DNA of 64,000 nt. Source: Leucoraja erinacea. Taxonomy: Eukaryota. Location: assembly GCF_028641065.1 (NCBI RefSeq), contig NC_073378.1:114018001-114082000 (forward strand), read 5' to 3'. Under the pieces are notes generated by a model that did not search any database, was not told the DNA's origin, and saw only the letters and a list, made by a program, of their open reading frames with translations. Position 1 is the first letter of the stretch. The number at the start of each line of letters is the position of its first letter. The translations under genes were made by a program, and so were the position numbers. This document shows positions 13,281-25,264 of the stretch, piece after piece.

Positions 13281-13762
13281 CCAGTGTTTAATTTTAGATT
13301 AGTTTAGTGGGACAGCACAGATACAAGCTCTTCGACCCACATGAATCAGATATTAAATATACACATTATATTTGATGCCAGAAAGGACTGTACCATACAA
13401 CTGAAGCCAGCTGCACTATTCGTTACTGATTCTCCACCTCAAATACACTCTCAGTGAATACTCGTTTCCACAAATACCTAGCGGTCAAATATCTCTCTAT
13501 TCTAAACGTACTCAATAATATATTGGGATTCTCTACTTTGAAGTCTAAAGAAGCATTACCTTTTGAATAAACCAAGTGCAAATCCATTTTGTGACCCAAA
13601 GCCGCGGTACAGGAAATATCCTCCCAATAACTAGCATTCCAGCCATTGATACGGGTTCCAACCAGGTTTAGTTTCCTTCATATCAGAAATTACATTAACA
13701 ACATAAATACCAGTGGGATCAGACATGGCTCGGGGTGGGACTGCAAAAAATGTCTGCCCAAT

Positions 13763-14884
13763 ACTGGTCACTCTCGGCCTCTTCACTGTCACATGTGCCT
13801 GGATTAAGGATTTCCTCACAAACCGGCCCCAGACTGTGAGACTCGGCCCCCACCTCTCCTCCACTCGCAGGTTGAGTACCGGTTCCCCACAGGGCTGTGT
13901 GCTAAGCCCCCTCTTATACTGTCTCTACACCTACGACTGTAGTCCGGCCCACAACAACAACCACATCGTCAAATTTGCTGACGACACTACTGTGGTCGGA
14001 CTTATTTCAAAGGGAGACGAGGCAGCCTACAGAGAGGAAGTCCTGAAGTTGACAACCTGGTGCTCAGAAAACAATCTGGCTCTGAACACCAGGAAAACAA
14101 AAGAGCTCATTGTCGACTTCAGGAGGCACAGCACCGACTTAGTCCCCCTACACATTAACGGCGAGTGTGTGGAGAGGGTCAACACCTTCCGGTTTCTCGG
14201 CATCCATATTGCTGCTGATATCTCCTGGACGGACAACACGACGGCGGTCATCAAGAAGGCTCAGCAGCGGCTGCACTTCCTGAGGGTCCTCAGGAAGCAC
14301 AACCTGGACTCTAACCTGCTGCTGACCTTCTACCGCTCGTCCATCGAGAGCCTGCTGACATACTGCATTACAGCATGGTATGGCAGCTGCACCAAGGCAG
14401 ACAGGGAGAGGCTTCAGAGGGTAACCAGGACAGCGCAGAGGATCATTGGTTGCCCTCTCCCCTCCCTGATGGACATCTACACCTCCCGCTGCCTTAGCAG
14501 GGCAAAGAAGATCACCAAAGACAGCTCCCATCCTGCGTTTGGACTGTTCGACCTGCTGCCCTCTGGAAGGCGCTATAGGTGCATCAAATCCAGGACAAAC
14601 AGACTCAGGAATAGCTGCTTCCCGAGAATTATATCTACCATAAATTCAAATCCACACATGCACTGACTACACCGCCCAACACGGACTTCCATCTGTATAT
14701 ATGTATATATGTATGTAGCGCCGTAGAATTTGTGCACCTATTCCCCCCCCCCCCATCTCCCTTCTGTTTTTTTGTTTTTTCTGTTTCTTGTTTTTTGTGT
14801 AAAATTGTATGTATGCACTGAGTACGAGCAGCTTTCAGTTTCACTGTACATGTATAGTGACAATAAATGGCATATCATATCATA
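13763..14884 (+). mobile_element. 5'-truncated Rex1/Babar-type LINE with an uninterrupted RT C-terminal ORF (stop at 14666)
   Basis: [39 protein letters not shown] and LLPSGRRYR motifs; 3' UTR ends in tgacaataaa and a (catat)n tail. Confidence 0.92.
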
Positions 14885-15017
14885 TTGGGGATGAGTCACT
14901 GAATTTGTGATTGCCACTTACAGGAAAGAAGATTACAAGTACCCGCTGCAGGACGAGTAAACAATTTTCAAAGATGATAATATTATTCTAATGTTAAAGC
15001 AGGATGTAATTTCTTAC

Positions 15018-15100
15018 CTGTTTCCATTGCATTTTCTGTTGTCTCCAACCCATCCATACTGTCATCATCATCAACAACCATCTTCCCCCTGCTTCGAGTC
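15018..15100 (-). CDS. KMT2C: KMT2C second coding exon, 83 bp: (K)TRSRGKMVVDDDDSMDGLETTENAMET(E)
   Basis: Acceptor tctttcatgattgcAG, donor CAG|GTAAGA, phase 2 in and phase 1 out, matching the flanking exons. The peptide matches human KPRSRGKTAVEDEDSMDGLETTETE (recalled sequence). Confidence 0.95.
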
Positions 15101-15229
15101 CTGCAATCATGAAAGATATGTCAAAAGCTATAATACAATGGATTCACCTTGCAGAAGGAAGTTACTCAAGTTTTTTCCTGTTTATGATGATGAGATTTTA
15201 TCTCTTTAAAATCAAATTAAATATTTTCA

Positions 15230-15435
15230 GAGTTGAACAGCATGGAAAAAAGCCCATCAGCCCAACCTGCCTACCCCGATCAATATTTCCCATCTATACT
15301 AGTCCCATCTGCCTGCAGTTTGGCCAATTATCCTCTAAACCTATCCTATCCACGTACCTGTCTAAACGCTTCTTAAATGTTGCGATAGTACCACACTCAA
15401 ATAACTCCTCCAGCAGCTGGTTCCACCCACCCATC
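15230..15435 (-). mobile_element. CR1 LINE 3' end, antisense on the + strand
   Basis: cagcatggaaaaaagccc...cctctaaacctatcctatccacgtacctgtctaaacgcttcttaaatgttg, a tail repeated many times in the window. Confidence 0.7.
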
Positions 15436-15489
15436 TTGCCTGTATGTTCTCACATAGTCTCTAACCTGGAGCTATCAGAAAAAAATTAT

Positions 15490-18480
15490 TAGTATTCAGA
15501 TCATACTTCTCCCGCAATTCTTGGAAGAAGGAAAGTGTCCCCTTCCAATAAAGGTCTCCCACGGTGTTGATTCCCTTGTTCTTCTACTGGGTGAAAACAC
15601 CATCTAAAGTAGAGGGTTTTTAAGAGTGATTGTTTGCAATAGGAAGAAGGAGAGACATGTCTTTCAATTTGAGACTGAGCTTCAACTGTTCCCAGAAACA
15701 ATAGTGCCAGTATTATAGGGTTATGCTCATACATTGACCTATTCAGGTGTATTGGAGACAGGACAATCGAGCCTATGGAGAAATGCAAGCAATCTTCTCT
15801 TTCCAGTTTTAGCCAGTTGGCCTGTTGATGCAAATCATCTAGCCAGAAAATTATGGTTTTAATATTTGTTGCCCAATAGTAAAAGAGGAAATTGGGTAAG
15901 GCTTGTCCTCCTTTCTCTTTGAATTTGCACAGGAGTCGTTTATGTATTCGGTGGCTTTCGTAGTCCCAAATGAAATTAGTAACAATGGAATCAATTTTTT
16001 TGAAGAAAAATTTGGGAAGATATATCGGTATTGTCTGGAATAGATATAAAAGCTGCGGGAGAAAGATAATTTTTACGACATTTAGTCTGCTGAGGAGGGA
16101 AATAGGCAATGATTTCCAAAATTGAATATAAATATGAAGTTTTGTGATTAATGGAGGGAAATTTGGTTTAAACAGAAGGGAATATTTCCTGGTAATGCAA
16201 ACTCTGAGGTATCTGAATTTGTCAGTAACAATTCTACTGGGGAACTGTTGGAGCCGGGTGGCGTCTTGTTCGTTTATTGGCATAATTTCGCTTTTATTCC
16301 AATTAATTCTGTTGCCAGAGAAGGTGCCGAATTGTTCTATAATGGATACAGCTGCACAACCTTTTATCCGGTGTTCCGGAAACCGAAAAACTCCGAAAAC
16401 CGGCCATTTTTTCCAGGATGTCGTCTGCACACCAAAGCTCGCGTTTGGCGCCAAACTTGACCCGAAACGACCCACGGTCAACCCAGGTCTGTACTACTGT
16501 AGCGGCTGCCTCCTCCCCGGAGACCGGGGAGACGCTTAAACATCTGTAAATCATTGCTTAAATGTTAGTCAGTTAGTTTGGAGGGCTTTTATGTGAGGGG
16601 GGGGGGGGTGAAGGGGTAAACTTTAATTCTTAGTCCCCTACCTGGTCGGAGAGGCGGGGAGCGGTCAATGCCTTACCGGGTCGCCGTGCAGTAAGCTCCG
16701 CAGCGCCGTGGCCACCAACTCCCAGCTGGGGCTGCGGGCGTCCAGCCGCGGGCGGCGCCGGTTGTAGCTCCGACCCCGGCAACTCTACCCCTGGCGGCGC
16801 AGCGCTCCAAATCCAGCGCCGCCCGCGGCCGGACGCCCACAGCCCCAGCTCCGCGAATGTTGGGAGTTGGCGGCGTCGCAGCGCTGGGATACCAGCGGGG
16901 AGCGGGCAATGCCTTACCGGGTCGCCGTGCGGTAAGCTCCGGAGCGCTGTGGCCGCCGACACACAACATTCGCGGAGCTGGGGCTGCGGGCGTCCGGCCG
17001 CGGGCGGCGCTGGATTTGGAGCGCCGCGCAGCCAGGGGCAGAGTTGCCGGGGTCGGAGCTCCAACCGGCGCCGCCCGCGGCCGAACGGAGCCCCCAGCTC
17101 CGCGATGTTGGGAGTCGCCGACCAGGTAGGGGACTAAGAATTAAAGTTTCCCCCTTCACCCCCCACCCCCACCACATAAAATCCCTCCAAACTAACTGAC
17201 TAACATTTATGCAATGATTTACAATGATTCCCTGGTCTCCGGGGAGGAGGCAGCCGCTCCAGACTTTTCAAGCCGCCCGCGCTACCTACCTAATCTACGC
17301 TAAAAATCTTCCATTCGGAAATCCGAAAATGTCCGAAATCCGACAAGTGTCTGGTCCCAAGGCTTTCGGATAAAAGGTTGTGCACCTGTAGTAAATTTGG
17401 GATACTGGTTCGGGGGTTAGTAATGTATAACGTCTGCATAGAGGGAACTTTTGTTCATAGTGTGTTTAGTATTGTATCCATATGAAAGTATTTGATTGGT
17501 TAATATTCTGGCGGTCAGGTTAGTAAATAGAAGTTTTTGGCCAATTGGAATTTTTCCAACGATGTGAAATGATAAGACCATTCAACTTGGTCGAAAGCTT
17601 TTTCCACATCCAATGAGATGATTGTGAGGTCTTTCTTCGGTATTCTATGTGAATAAATTATATTAAACAGGCGTCTTAGATTAAAGAATGAGTGTCGTTT
17701 AGGTATGAACCCAGTTTGATCTCAGCATACAAGTTTCCCAAAGACTAAGCTGTCTACAAGCCAGAGTCTTGGCTAGAATCTTCTGGTCAGTATTTAAAAA
17801 GGAAATTGCACTATAAGATCCCGGCTCTTCATGGTTCTTATCTTTTTTAGGAATTAATGTGATAATTGATTCCGCTAAAGTCTGCGGTAAGGTCTGCTCA
17901 ATGAACGCTTGGGTATGCAGGGTTTGTAGACGTGGGGAAATTGTGCTGTTACATGTTTTGTAAAATTCATTATTGAGCCCGTCTGGGCCAGGAGTTTTTC
18001 CATTTTTCAGTGATTTAATGGTCTCTGAAATGTCCTTTACTGTTATTTCTGCAGCCAACTCCTCACGTTCAGTCTCACTGAGGGATGGAAGGTTGCACTT
18101 ATCCAGAAAAGTCTGCATCGTGACTGAATCGGCTGTTGTTTGAGACGAGTAGAGGGTTTGATAAAATTGTTGAAATCTTTCGTTGATATCTTTGGGCAGT
18201 GAGAGCAGTTCACCTTTTTCTGATCTGATTTTATGTGTGGTACGGTCATTCTCTAGTTTAAGAAGTTGTCTTGCTAAAAGTTTATGGGGTTTATCTCCGA
18301 ATTCAAAGTGTTTTTGTTTGGTGTATTGAAATGCCCTACTGATATTTGCCGAGAGTATCTGGTTTAGTTTGAATTAGTGCAGCTATCTTGTTATGTTTTC
18401 TTGTGGACGGGTCAGCCGCGTTTTCTAAGTCTAATTGTTTTATTTGTTTTTCTAACTCCAATTGTTCTGCCTTATTTCAT
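15490..18480 (-). mobile_element. L1/Tx1-clade LINE ORF2 remnant (frameshifted), split by a MITE
   Basis: IKSLKNGKTPGPDGLNNEFYK, TLIPKKDK, FGTFSGNRINWNKSEIMP, LPQLLYLFQTIPI and LPNFLFYYWA motifs; the frame PNLL-SIIEQFG is continuous across the MITE. Confidence 0.9.
16349..17388. mobile_element. Non-autonomous Tc1/mariner (pogo/Tigger-like) MITE, 1040 bp, with a GC-rich palindromic interior
   Basis: TIRs CAGCTGCACAACCTTTTATCCG and CGGATAAAAGGTTGTGCACCTG, TA on both sides, internal inverted repeat 16501-16649 versus 17118-17258. Confidence 0.88.
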
Positions 18481-19271
18481 TTAATACTTTATAAACCTTA
18501 ATAATTCTCAATTTGTTTTTCCTCCTATCTCTCTTTAATTTAGAGAAAATAGTTTTCTATTTATTTAAGTCTGCAACCTCCCTGTATCTGAAAATACACA
18601 CTTTCCTCTATTGAATGGTAGCCGTAAATGAACTGTTCCTAGTTCTCACATATTAGAGAGGTCCAATGGTCTATTTCACTTTTTGTTGTGTCAAAGTGCC
18701 TTAAGCTTGCATTTCCTAACTAGCAGAGTTAATACTGGGAACCCAGAATCTCAACACAGATCACGCTCAATTTACAAACATTAGATTGACAATTTTTTTT
18801 TGTATAATGTGACTAACTCCACCTACAAAGCTATTTGGCACTATAAATGAACAATCCTTCAACATTAGGGAGCAGAGAGGAGGGGTGGGGGTTGAGTCAT
18901 TTTAAGTGATATCAGCAGTAAGTGTCAATTAAAATCCCAGGCACAGCTGAGTCAAAGATCACTATCCATTTCTGACAGTTAATAGACTGTTTCTTGTGCA
19001 GACCATTTACACAAGTGCTTGATGAAAGAATACTCCCGATGCAATTATCTGTTGGAAACAGAACTGTACCGGCTGCAGCAGAATGTTACTTCCAGTTGTG
19101 TTCTGAATATGACGAAGGGGTGTGTGACTGATGTTTAAACATGTGCTTCTATGATCAGAATCAACAACGTGTGCCAAAGGTTGATGATGGCCCATGATAT
19201 AGCTCAGAAACAGACTGAAAAAGAATGCTACGATGAATCTTCTGAAAGTCTTAACACATTCAAGACTAGTC

Positions 19272-19363
19272 TGAAGAAGTGTTTCGACCCAAAACGTTGC
19301 CTATTTCCTTTGCTCCATAGATGGTGCCTCACCCGCTGAGTTTCTCCAGCATTTTTGTCTACC
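19272..19363 (+). mobile_element. 92-bp Penelope-like mini-element that begins at the hammerhead core, with an 11-bp TSD
   Basis: caagactagtc at 19261-19271 and 19364-19374; body (c)tgaagaagtgtttcgacccaaaacgttgcc...tttttgtctacc. Confidence 0.8.
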
Positions 19364-20254
19364 CAAGACTAGTCATTGGTTGTTTGGATGCCTTAATAAC
19401 TGTACCAGTTACGACTGAACAAGTTGAGCAGCATAGTGGCGCAGCTGGTAAAGCTGCTCAATGTAATTGAATGGTGGCAGACTCAAGGGGCCAACTAGTT
19501 TGCTCCTGCTTTTTTCTGCTTTTAGAAATCTGCATAGATGACAATGCCAATAGGAACCACAGTATTGGATGTGGTCACATGATGGAAATGGCTATGCTTT
19601 GCTATAAGGAGATTTATCAGATACAAAGTTATCCATTAATATCGTTCTTAAGTCTTGTTATAAGCCACGGAAGAAAAGTCAAAAAAGAATCTTTGCTTTC
19701 AATGTTGCCAGCTCCATTGGGTTCTGATTCAAGAGCAGCGGCACCATTATCGGAACACCAGGGACCACTAAATGTCACAACATCCCTTTCGCTATCTTAA
19801 CATATGAGGGCCACAAAGATTAGGAGCAGGTTTAAATAACTTGGCTCTGAGCTGCTCTGCGATTATATTACATTATGGCCGATTTGATTGCTGCCACAAT
19901 TCTGCAACTGCTTTCACAGCCATTGATGAAGACGACAGTCTTACATGAGCAAGTTTTTATTTTTAGGCAACGACCCCTACTCTAAACTGTCCCGCAAGAG
20001 GATCTCAGCAGCATTCTATTACTCCCATTTTTTTACGATTCACATGAGTACTACCCTGAATAGATAAATTATGTTTTATTATTTCAAAGATTTTATTGTC
20101 AATAAAACATTTTAGCATTTCAAATTATTGCCTTGGTGGCTTCATAAACTTTTGCGCATCTAATTCTTATGCAATTTGACGATGATTTATTTTCAAAATG
20201 AAATGACAAAAGATGCTTTTCACATGACATTCATCTTCCTTGCACTCAGCATCC

Positions 20255-20487
20255 CAACTGACAATCAACCCTCTCACCCCACCTGTATCTACCTATCACT
20301 CACCAGGCTTTGTCCTGCCCCCACCTGTCTTTTCCAGCTTCCTTCCCCTATTGAAATCAGTCTGAAGGAAGCCGACCCAAAATGTCACGTCCATTCTCTC
20401 CATCAGACACGCTGTCTGACCCACTGAGTTGCTCTGGCACTAAGTCTTGATCAAGATTCCAGGATCTGCAGTTGTTTGCTTCTCCAC
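20255..20487 (+). mobile_element. Penelope-like terminal repeat fragment with a degenerate hammerhead core
   Basis: cagtctgaaggaagccgacccaaaatgtcac followed by the family tail. Confidence 0.55.
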
Positions 20488-20534
20488 ATTTTCTTGAAAA
20501 TGATTATTACATGACCAAGAAAATAAGCAACTTA

Positions 20535-22124
20535 CAGTGCATTCAGAAAGTATTCAGACCCCTTCAATTTTTCCACATTTTTGTTACGTTGCAGCCTTAT
20601 TCTAAAATGGATTAAATTCTTTTTTTTTTTATCATCAACCTGCACACAATACCTCATAATAAAAAAAGCAAAAACAGGTGTTTTAGAAATGTTTGCAAAA
20701 TAATTAAAGAGAAATAACTGAAATATCACATTTACATAAGTATTCAAACCCTTTACTCAGTACCTTGTTGAGGCACCTTTGGCAGCGATTACAGCCTCAA
20801 GTCTTCTTGGGTACGACGCTACAAGCTTGGCACACCTGTATTTGTGTAATTTCTTCCATTCTTTTCTGCAGTTCCGCTTAAGCTCTGACAGGTTGGATGG
20901 GGAGTGTTGATGCAGTTATTTTCAGGTCCCTCCAGAGATGTTTGATTGGGTTCAAGTCCGTGCTCTGGCTGAGCCACTCAAGGACATTCACGGACTTGTC
21001 ACGAAGCCACTCCGGCGTTGTCTTGGCTGTGTGCTTAGGGTCGTGGTCCTGTTGGAAGGTGAACCTCCGCCCCAGTCTGAGGTCCAGAACGCTCTGGAGC
21101 AGGTTTTCATCAAGGATCTCTCTGTACTTTGCTCCTTTCATCTTTCCCTCGATCCTGACTAGTCTCCCAGTTCCTGCCGCTGAAAAACATCCCCACAGCA
21201 TGATGCTGCCACCACCATGCTACACCATAGGTATGGTATTGGCCAGGTGATGAGCAGTGCCTTGTTTCCTCCAGACATGATACTTGGCATTCAGACCAAA
21301 GAGTTCAATCGTGGTTTCATCAGACCAGAGAATCTTGTTTCTCATGCCTTTTGGCAAACTACAAGAGGGCTGTCATGTGCCTTTTACTGAGGAGTGGCTT
21401 CCGTCTGGCCACTCTACCATAAAGGCCTGATTGGTGGAGTGCTGCAGGTATAGTTGTCCTTATGGAAGGTTCTCCCATCTTCACAGAGGAATGCGGAGCA
21501 ATCGGAGGAGAAGGGTTCTTGGTCACCTCCCTGACCAGGGCCCTTCTCCTCCAATTGCTCAATTTGGGCAGGCGGCCAGCTCTATGATGAGTCCTGGTGG
21601 TTCCAAAGTTTTTCCATTTAAGAATGACGGAGGCCACTGTGTTTTTCTGGACCTGCAATGCTGCAGAAATTGTTTTATACCCTTCCCCAGATCTGTGTCT
21701 CGGAGGTCAACGGACAATTCCTTCGTCTTCATGGATTGGGTTTTGTTCTGACCTGCACTGTCAGCCTTATATAGACAGGTATGTGCCTTTCCAAATCATG
21801 TCCAATCAATTTAATTTACCACTGGTGGACTCCAATCAAGTTGTAGAACCATCTCAAGGATAATCAATGGAAACAGGATGAACCCAAGTTCAATTTTGAG
21901 TGTCATAGCAAAGGGTCTGAATACTTATGTAAATGTGATATTTCAGTTATTTCTTTTTAATTCCTTTGCAAACATTTCTAAACACCTGTTTTCGCTTCTT
22001 CATTCTGGGGTGTTATATGTACACTGATGATTAAAAAAAAAGAATTTAATCCATTTTAAAATAAGGATGTAATGTAACAAAATGTGGAAAAGTTAAGGGG
22101 TCTGAATACTTTCTGAATGCACTG
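20535..22124 (-). mobile_element. Full-length Tc1 (IR/DR-type) transposon with a decayed transposase at about 20757-21732
   Basis: TIRs of about 220 bp starting CAGTGCATTCAGAAAGTATTCAGACCCCTT, TA TSDs; MKTKELS start, [20 protein letters not shown] and NPIKHLW (catalytic E changed to K); several frameshifts. Confidence 0.95.
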
Positions 22125-24004
22125 TATATTCTCATTTTCATGTACTCACCTATCTTGATAATAATGATATCACTCTCATGATAAACATCACTTGAATTGA
22201 TATTTCATGAAAATTGACTTGTGGATTCAAATCAACATCTTTAAATATATTCAGTACAAAGGTTTTCCTTCAGTATAATATGAAAAAAAGTGTATTTTGA
22301 AGCAACTAACAGCAGGGCTCATGGCTGGAAAATTATCTTATCCAGTCTCAAGTTCGTGAGTAAAGATATTATCTTGGTAATTCATTGTCATGTACATCAA
22401 GATACAGTGGAAAACTTTGTTTTGAGCGCTACCCAGGCAGATAATACAAGTACAATCAGACAACCATGAGCAGTGTAAAAGAGAAAATAAACAGAGTGCA
22501 TAATATAATGTAATAGCTATAGAGAAAGTGCAGAATTTAAAAAAAAAGGGCAAAGGTCACAACAAGGTAGATTGGAAGATCTAAAATACCTTTAAAACTC
22601 TAAAAATACATTTGAGAAGTTTGATCAAGAGTGGTATCAGCAGGAAAAGGCTGTTTTTTTTAATCTAGTGGTAGATGCGTTCAAGCTTTTGTATATTTTG
22701 CCTAATGGGAGAGGGGGTAAAATAAATGATTGGGATGTGAGAGGTCCTCGATAATGTTGGGTGCATTCCCGAGACTGCATAAAGTGCAGTTGGAGTCAAT
22801 GGGGGGGGGGGTTAAGGATTATCTCTACTTCAACACCATTGATATAGACTCGGATGTGCATTCCTGCCCGATGACCAGCTCCTTTTCATCTTCAATTCAC
22901 CATGTTACCAAGCTCTCTTTTTTGCGCTCAGCCTCGTTATTTTTTGAGATATGGCCCCACTATAATGGTGACATGTGCAAAATTATGACCGGAGTTTAAG
23001 CAGAATTTGGCCAAAAGGGCATGATCATCATCAGCCCCTTAACACACCACACGCTGAGTACCAGGGGTGGAAATCGCTATCAAAACATGGGGGGAGGGGT
23101 GTAATGTCTTGAATCATCATGTCCCGCCTCCACTGCCTGCTGACCGACATCTCTCTCGTCCAATCGGTGCCCTCGATCATCAGTCACAACCCCACTGTCT
23201 CACAGAAAGCGGGGATTTTTAATAGATTTTTTTTCACAGAATTTCAAAATTCAGATTACAAAACATGGGGGGGGGATTGTATTTCCCCCCGAGATTTCCG
23301 CCTATGCTGAGTACGGTAAGGGGCTGAATACATGATATCGGGGGGAATCTGTCGAGGATGTTTCGTGTATATCCTTACGGATTGTGGTCTACAGGTTAAG
23401 AAGTCTAAGTTCCGGATGCTGTGTGGTTGTAGGTCCAAGAGTTTGGAGATGAGTTTGGTTAGAAATATGGTGTTGAAAGTGGAAAATAGGATGTAATAAA
23501 AAGGACCTGTGGGTGCTGGTTTATACCAAAGATAAACACAAAATGCTGGAGTAACTCAGCAGGTTTGGCAGCATCTCTGGTTCACTCTCACAAAGGATGT
23601 CTCCCCTTGTGTATTGAAATAATTTTCACATCCCAAACTAAAGTATGCATTTCATCATTTGGGGCCATGATTCCCGTGAATAGATAAGATTCTGGATAAG
23701 TACTGTACACAAATGATGCAAATATAACCCTTTGAGACAGATTGGAAAATAAATGATCACCCGGAGCTTTTAGCTTTGTTTTGAATGCAAGCACCAGCAA
23801 GCTGTAATTCTCAAGCAATAAATCGCAAACTAAGTATTATTAACATAAATAGAAACAAGACAAACATGCCCAGCTACAAGATATAATTTAAAATCATTTT
23901 CATCATTGAGCCTCCGAAGCCTCGCGCGTGTGTGAGTGTGCGCATGCTCACACGGCCGCCAAAAAATTGTGTTCCCCGTCCCCTCCATGTTTTGATAGCG
24001 AGTT

Positions 24005-25264
24005 CCGTTCTTGATCTCCAGGGACCTAAAATGGGAGGCCACCATCAACTCCACAGTCACAAAGACCCAACAGAGGATGTACTTCATGCGGCAGCTGAGA
24101 AGACCCAATCTCCCACAGGCAATGATGGTCCATTTCTTTACTGCCATCATAGAGTCTGTCCTCGCCATCTCCATCATGGTCTGATTTGACTTAGCCACCA
24201 TGCATGGCATCCGGAGGCTGCAACTCATTGTTCGATCAGTCGAGAAGGTTGTTGGCTGTAACCTTCCCCCCATTGACGAACTGTACACTGCAGGGGCCAG
24301 GAAGCGAGCGTGTAAGATCTTCTCTGATTCCTCTCTCCCTGGCCACAAATGCTTTGAAGTACTTCCCTCTGGGAGGCGACTACTGGCTGTCAAATCCGCC
24401 ACAACCAAACATAAAAACTGCTTTTTTCCCCACGATCAATAACCAAAAACTAGCAACCCTATCCTTATGCACAGCACTGCTCTAGAGGAGATAGAAACAT
24501 TCACATACCCAGGCAGTGTTGTGGACATCAGAGGGGCAGAGGCAGATATAAAAAGTAGAATCAATAAGGCTAGGATGGTGTTTAACATGCTCCGGAAGAT
24601 CTGGAGCTCAAAACACATCACAATCAACACCAAAATACGCAACTTTAACTTAAATGTGAAACGGGTGATACTATATGGATCAGAAACATGGAAAACAACA
24701 AAACACACTACAAACAGGCTGCAAACATTCATTAACACCTGCCTTAGGAGAATATTTAACATCTGGTGGAGAGACAAAGTAAGCAATGTGGACCTGTGGA
24801 AAAGAACAAGCCAGGAGCCCATTCACTTACAAATTCGAAGGAGAAAATGTTGGATTGGACACACCCTCAGGAAACCTGCCCCAAACATCAACCAGAAAGT
24901 CCTAAAATGGAACCTCCAAGGAAAAAGGAAAAAGGAAAAGATGTTGCCCCAGGAACAGCTGGAGAAGAGGTGTCCAGACAGAAATGTCAGAGAGTGGGCT
25001 CAACTGAGGAGATCTCGAAAGAACTGCGAACAACCGAGTGAGGTGGAGGACATTTGTCAATGGCATTTGCTCCCTAGAGGAGCAAAAGGCTTAAGAAGAG
25101 AAAGAAGAAGTAGCTCTACTCAACAGCCAAAAATGTAGCCACCTTTTGCTCTGGTATTTTATTTTATTCTTCACGTGTTTAAGTTGTATTGTTTTATTTT
25201 CAATTGTCTACTATATATCATGTTGTTATCCTTGCGAGCAAAACGCCAAGGCAAATTCCATGTA
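24005..25264 (+). mobile_element. Rex1/Babar-type LINE 3' part hosting RTE and Tc1 insertions; its tail resumes at 26878-26925
   Basis: EVLPSGRRLLAVKSATTKHKNCFFP; the 3' UTR ...ggcaaattccatgTA continues as TAtgtatacattcttggctaataa...ttcaattcaatt after the Tc1. Confidence 0.8.
24436..25110 (+). mobile_element. RTE-clade LINE 3' fragment
   Basis: EEIETFTYPGS...DIKSRINKAR...VILYGSETW...RLQTFINTCLRRI...WIGHTLRK; tail aagaagagaaagaagaag. Confidence 0.88.

Noticed and set aside
15501-16481. 326-aa ORF as a novel chimeric protein
   Set aside because: It is chance read-through from the MITE end into a frameshifted L1 ORF2 remnant.
16630-17177. Overlapping ORFs in the GC-rich MITE core (similar ones at 34146-35058)
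   Set aside because: High GC content and palindromic structure suppress stop codons; no recognisable domains.
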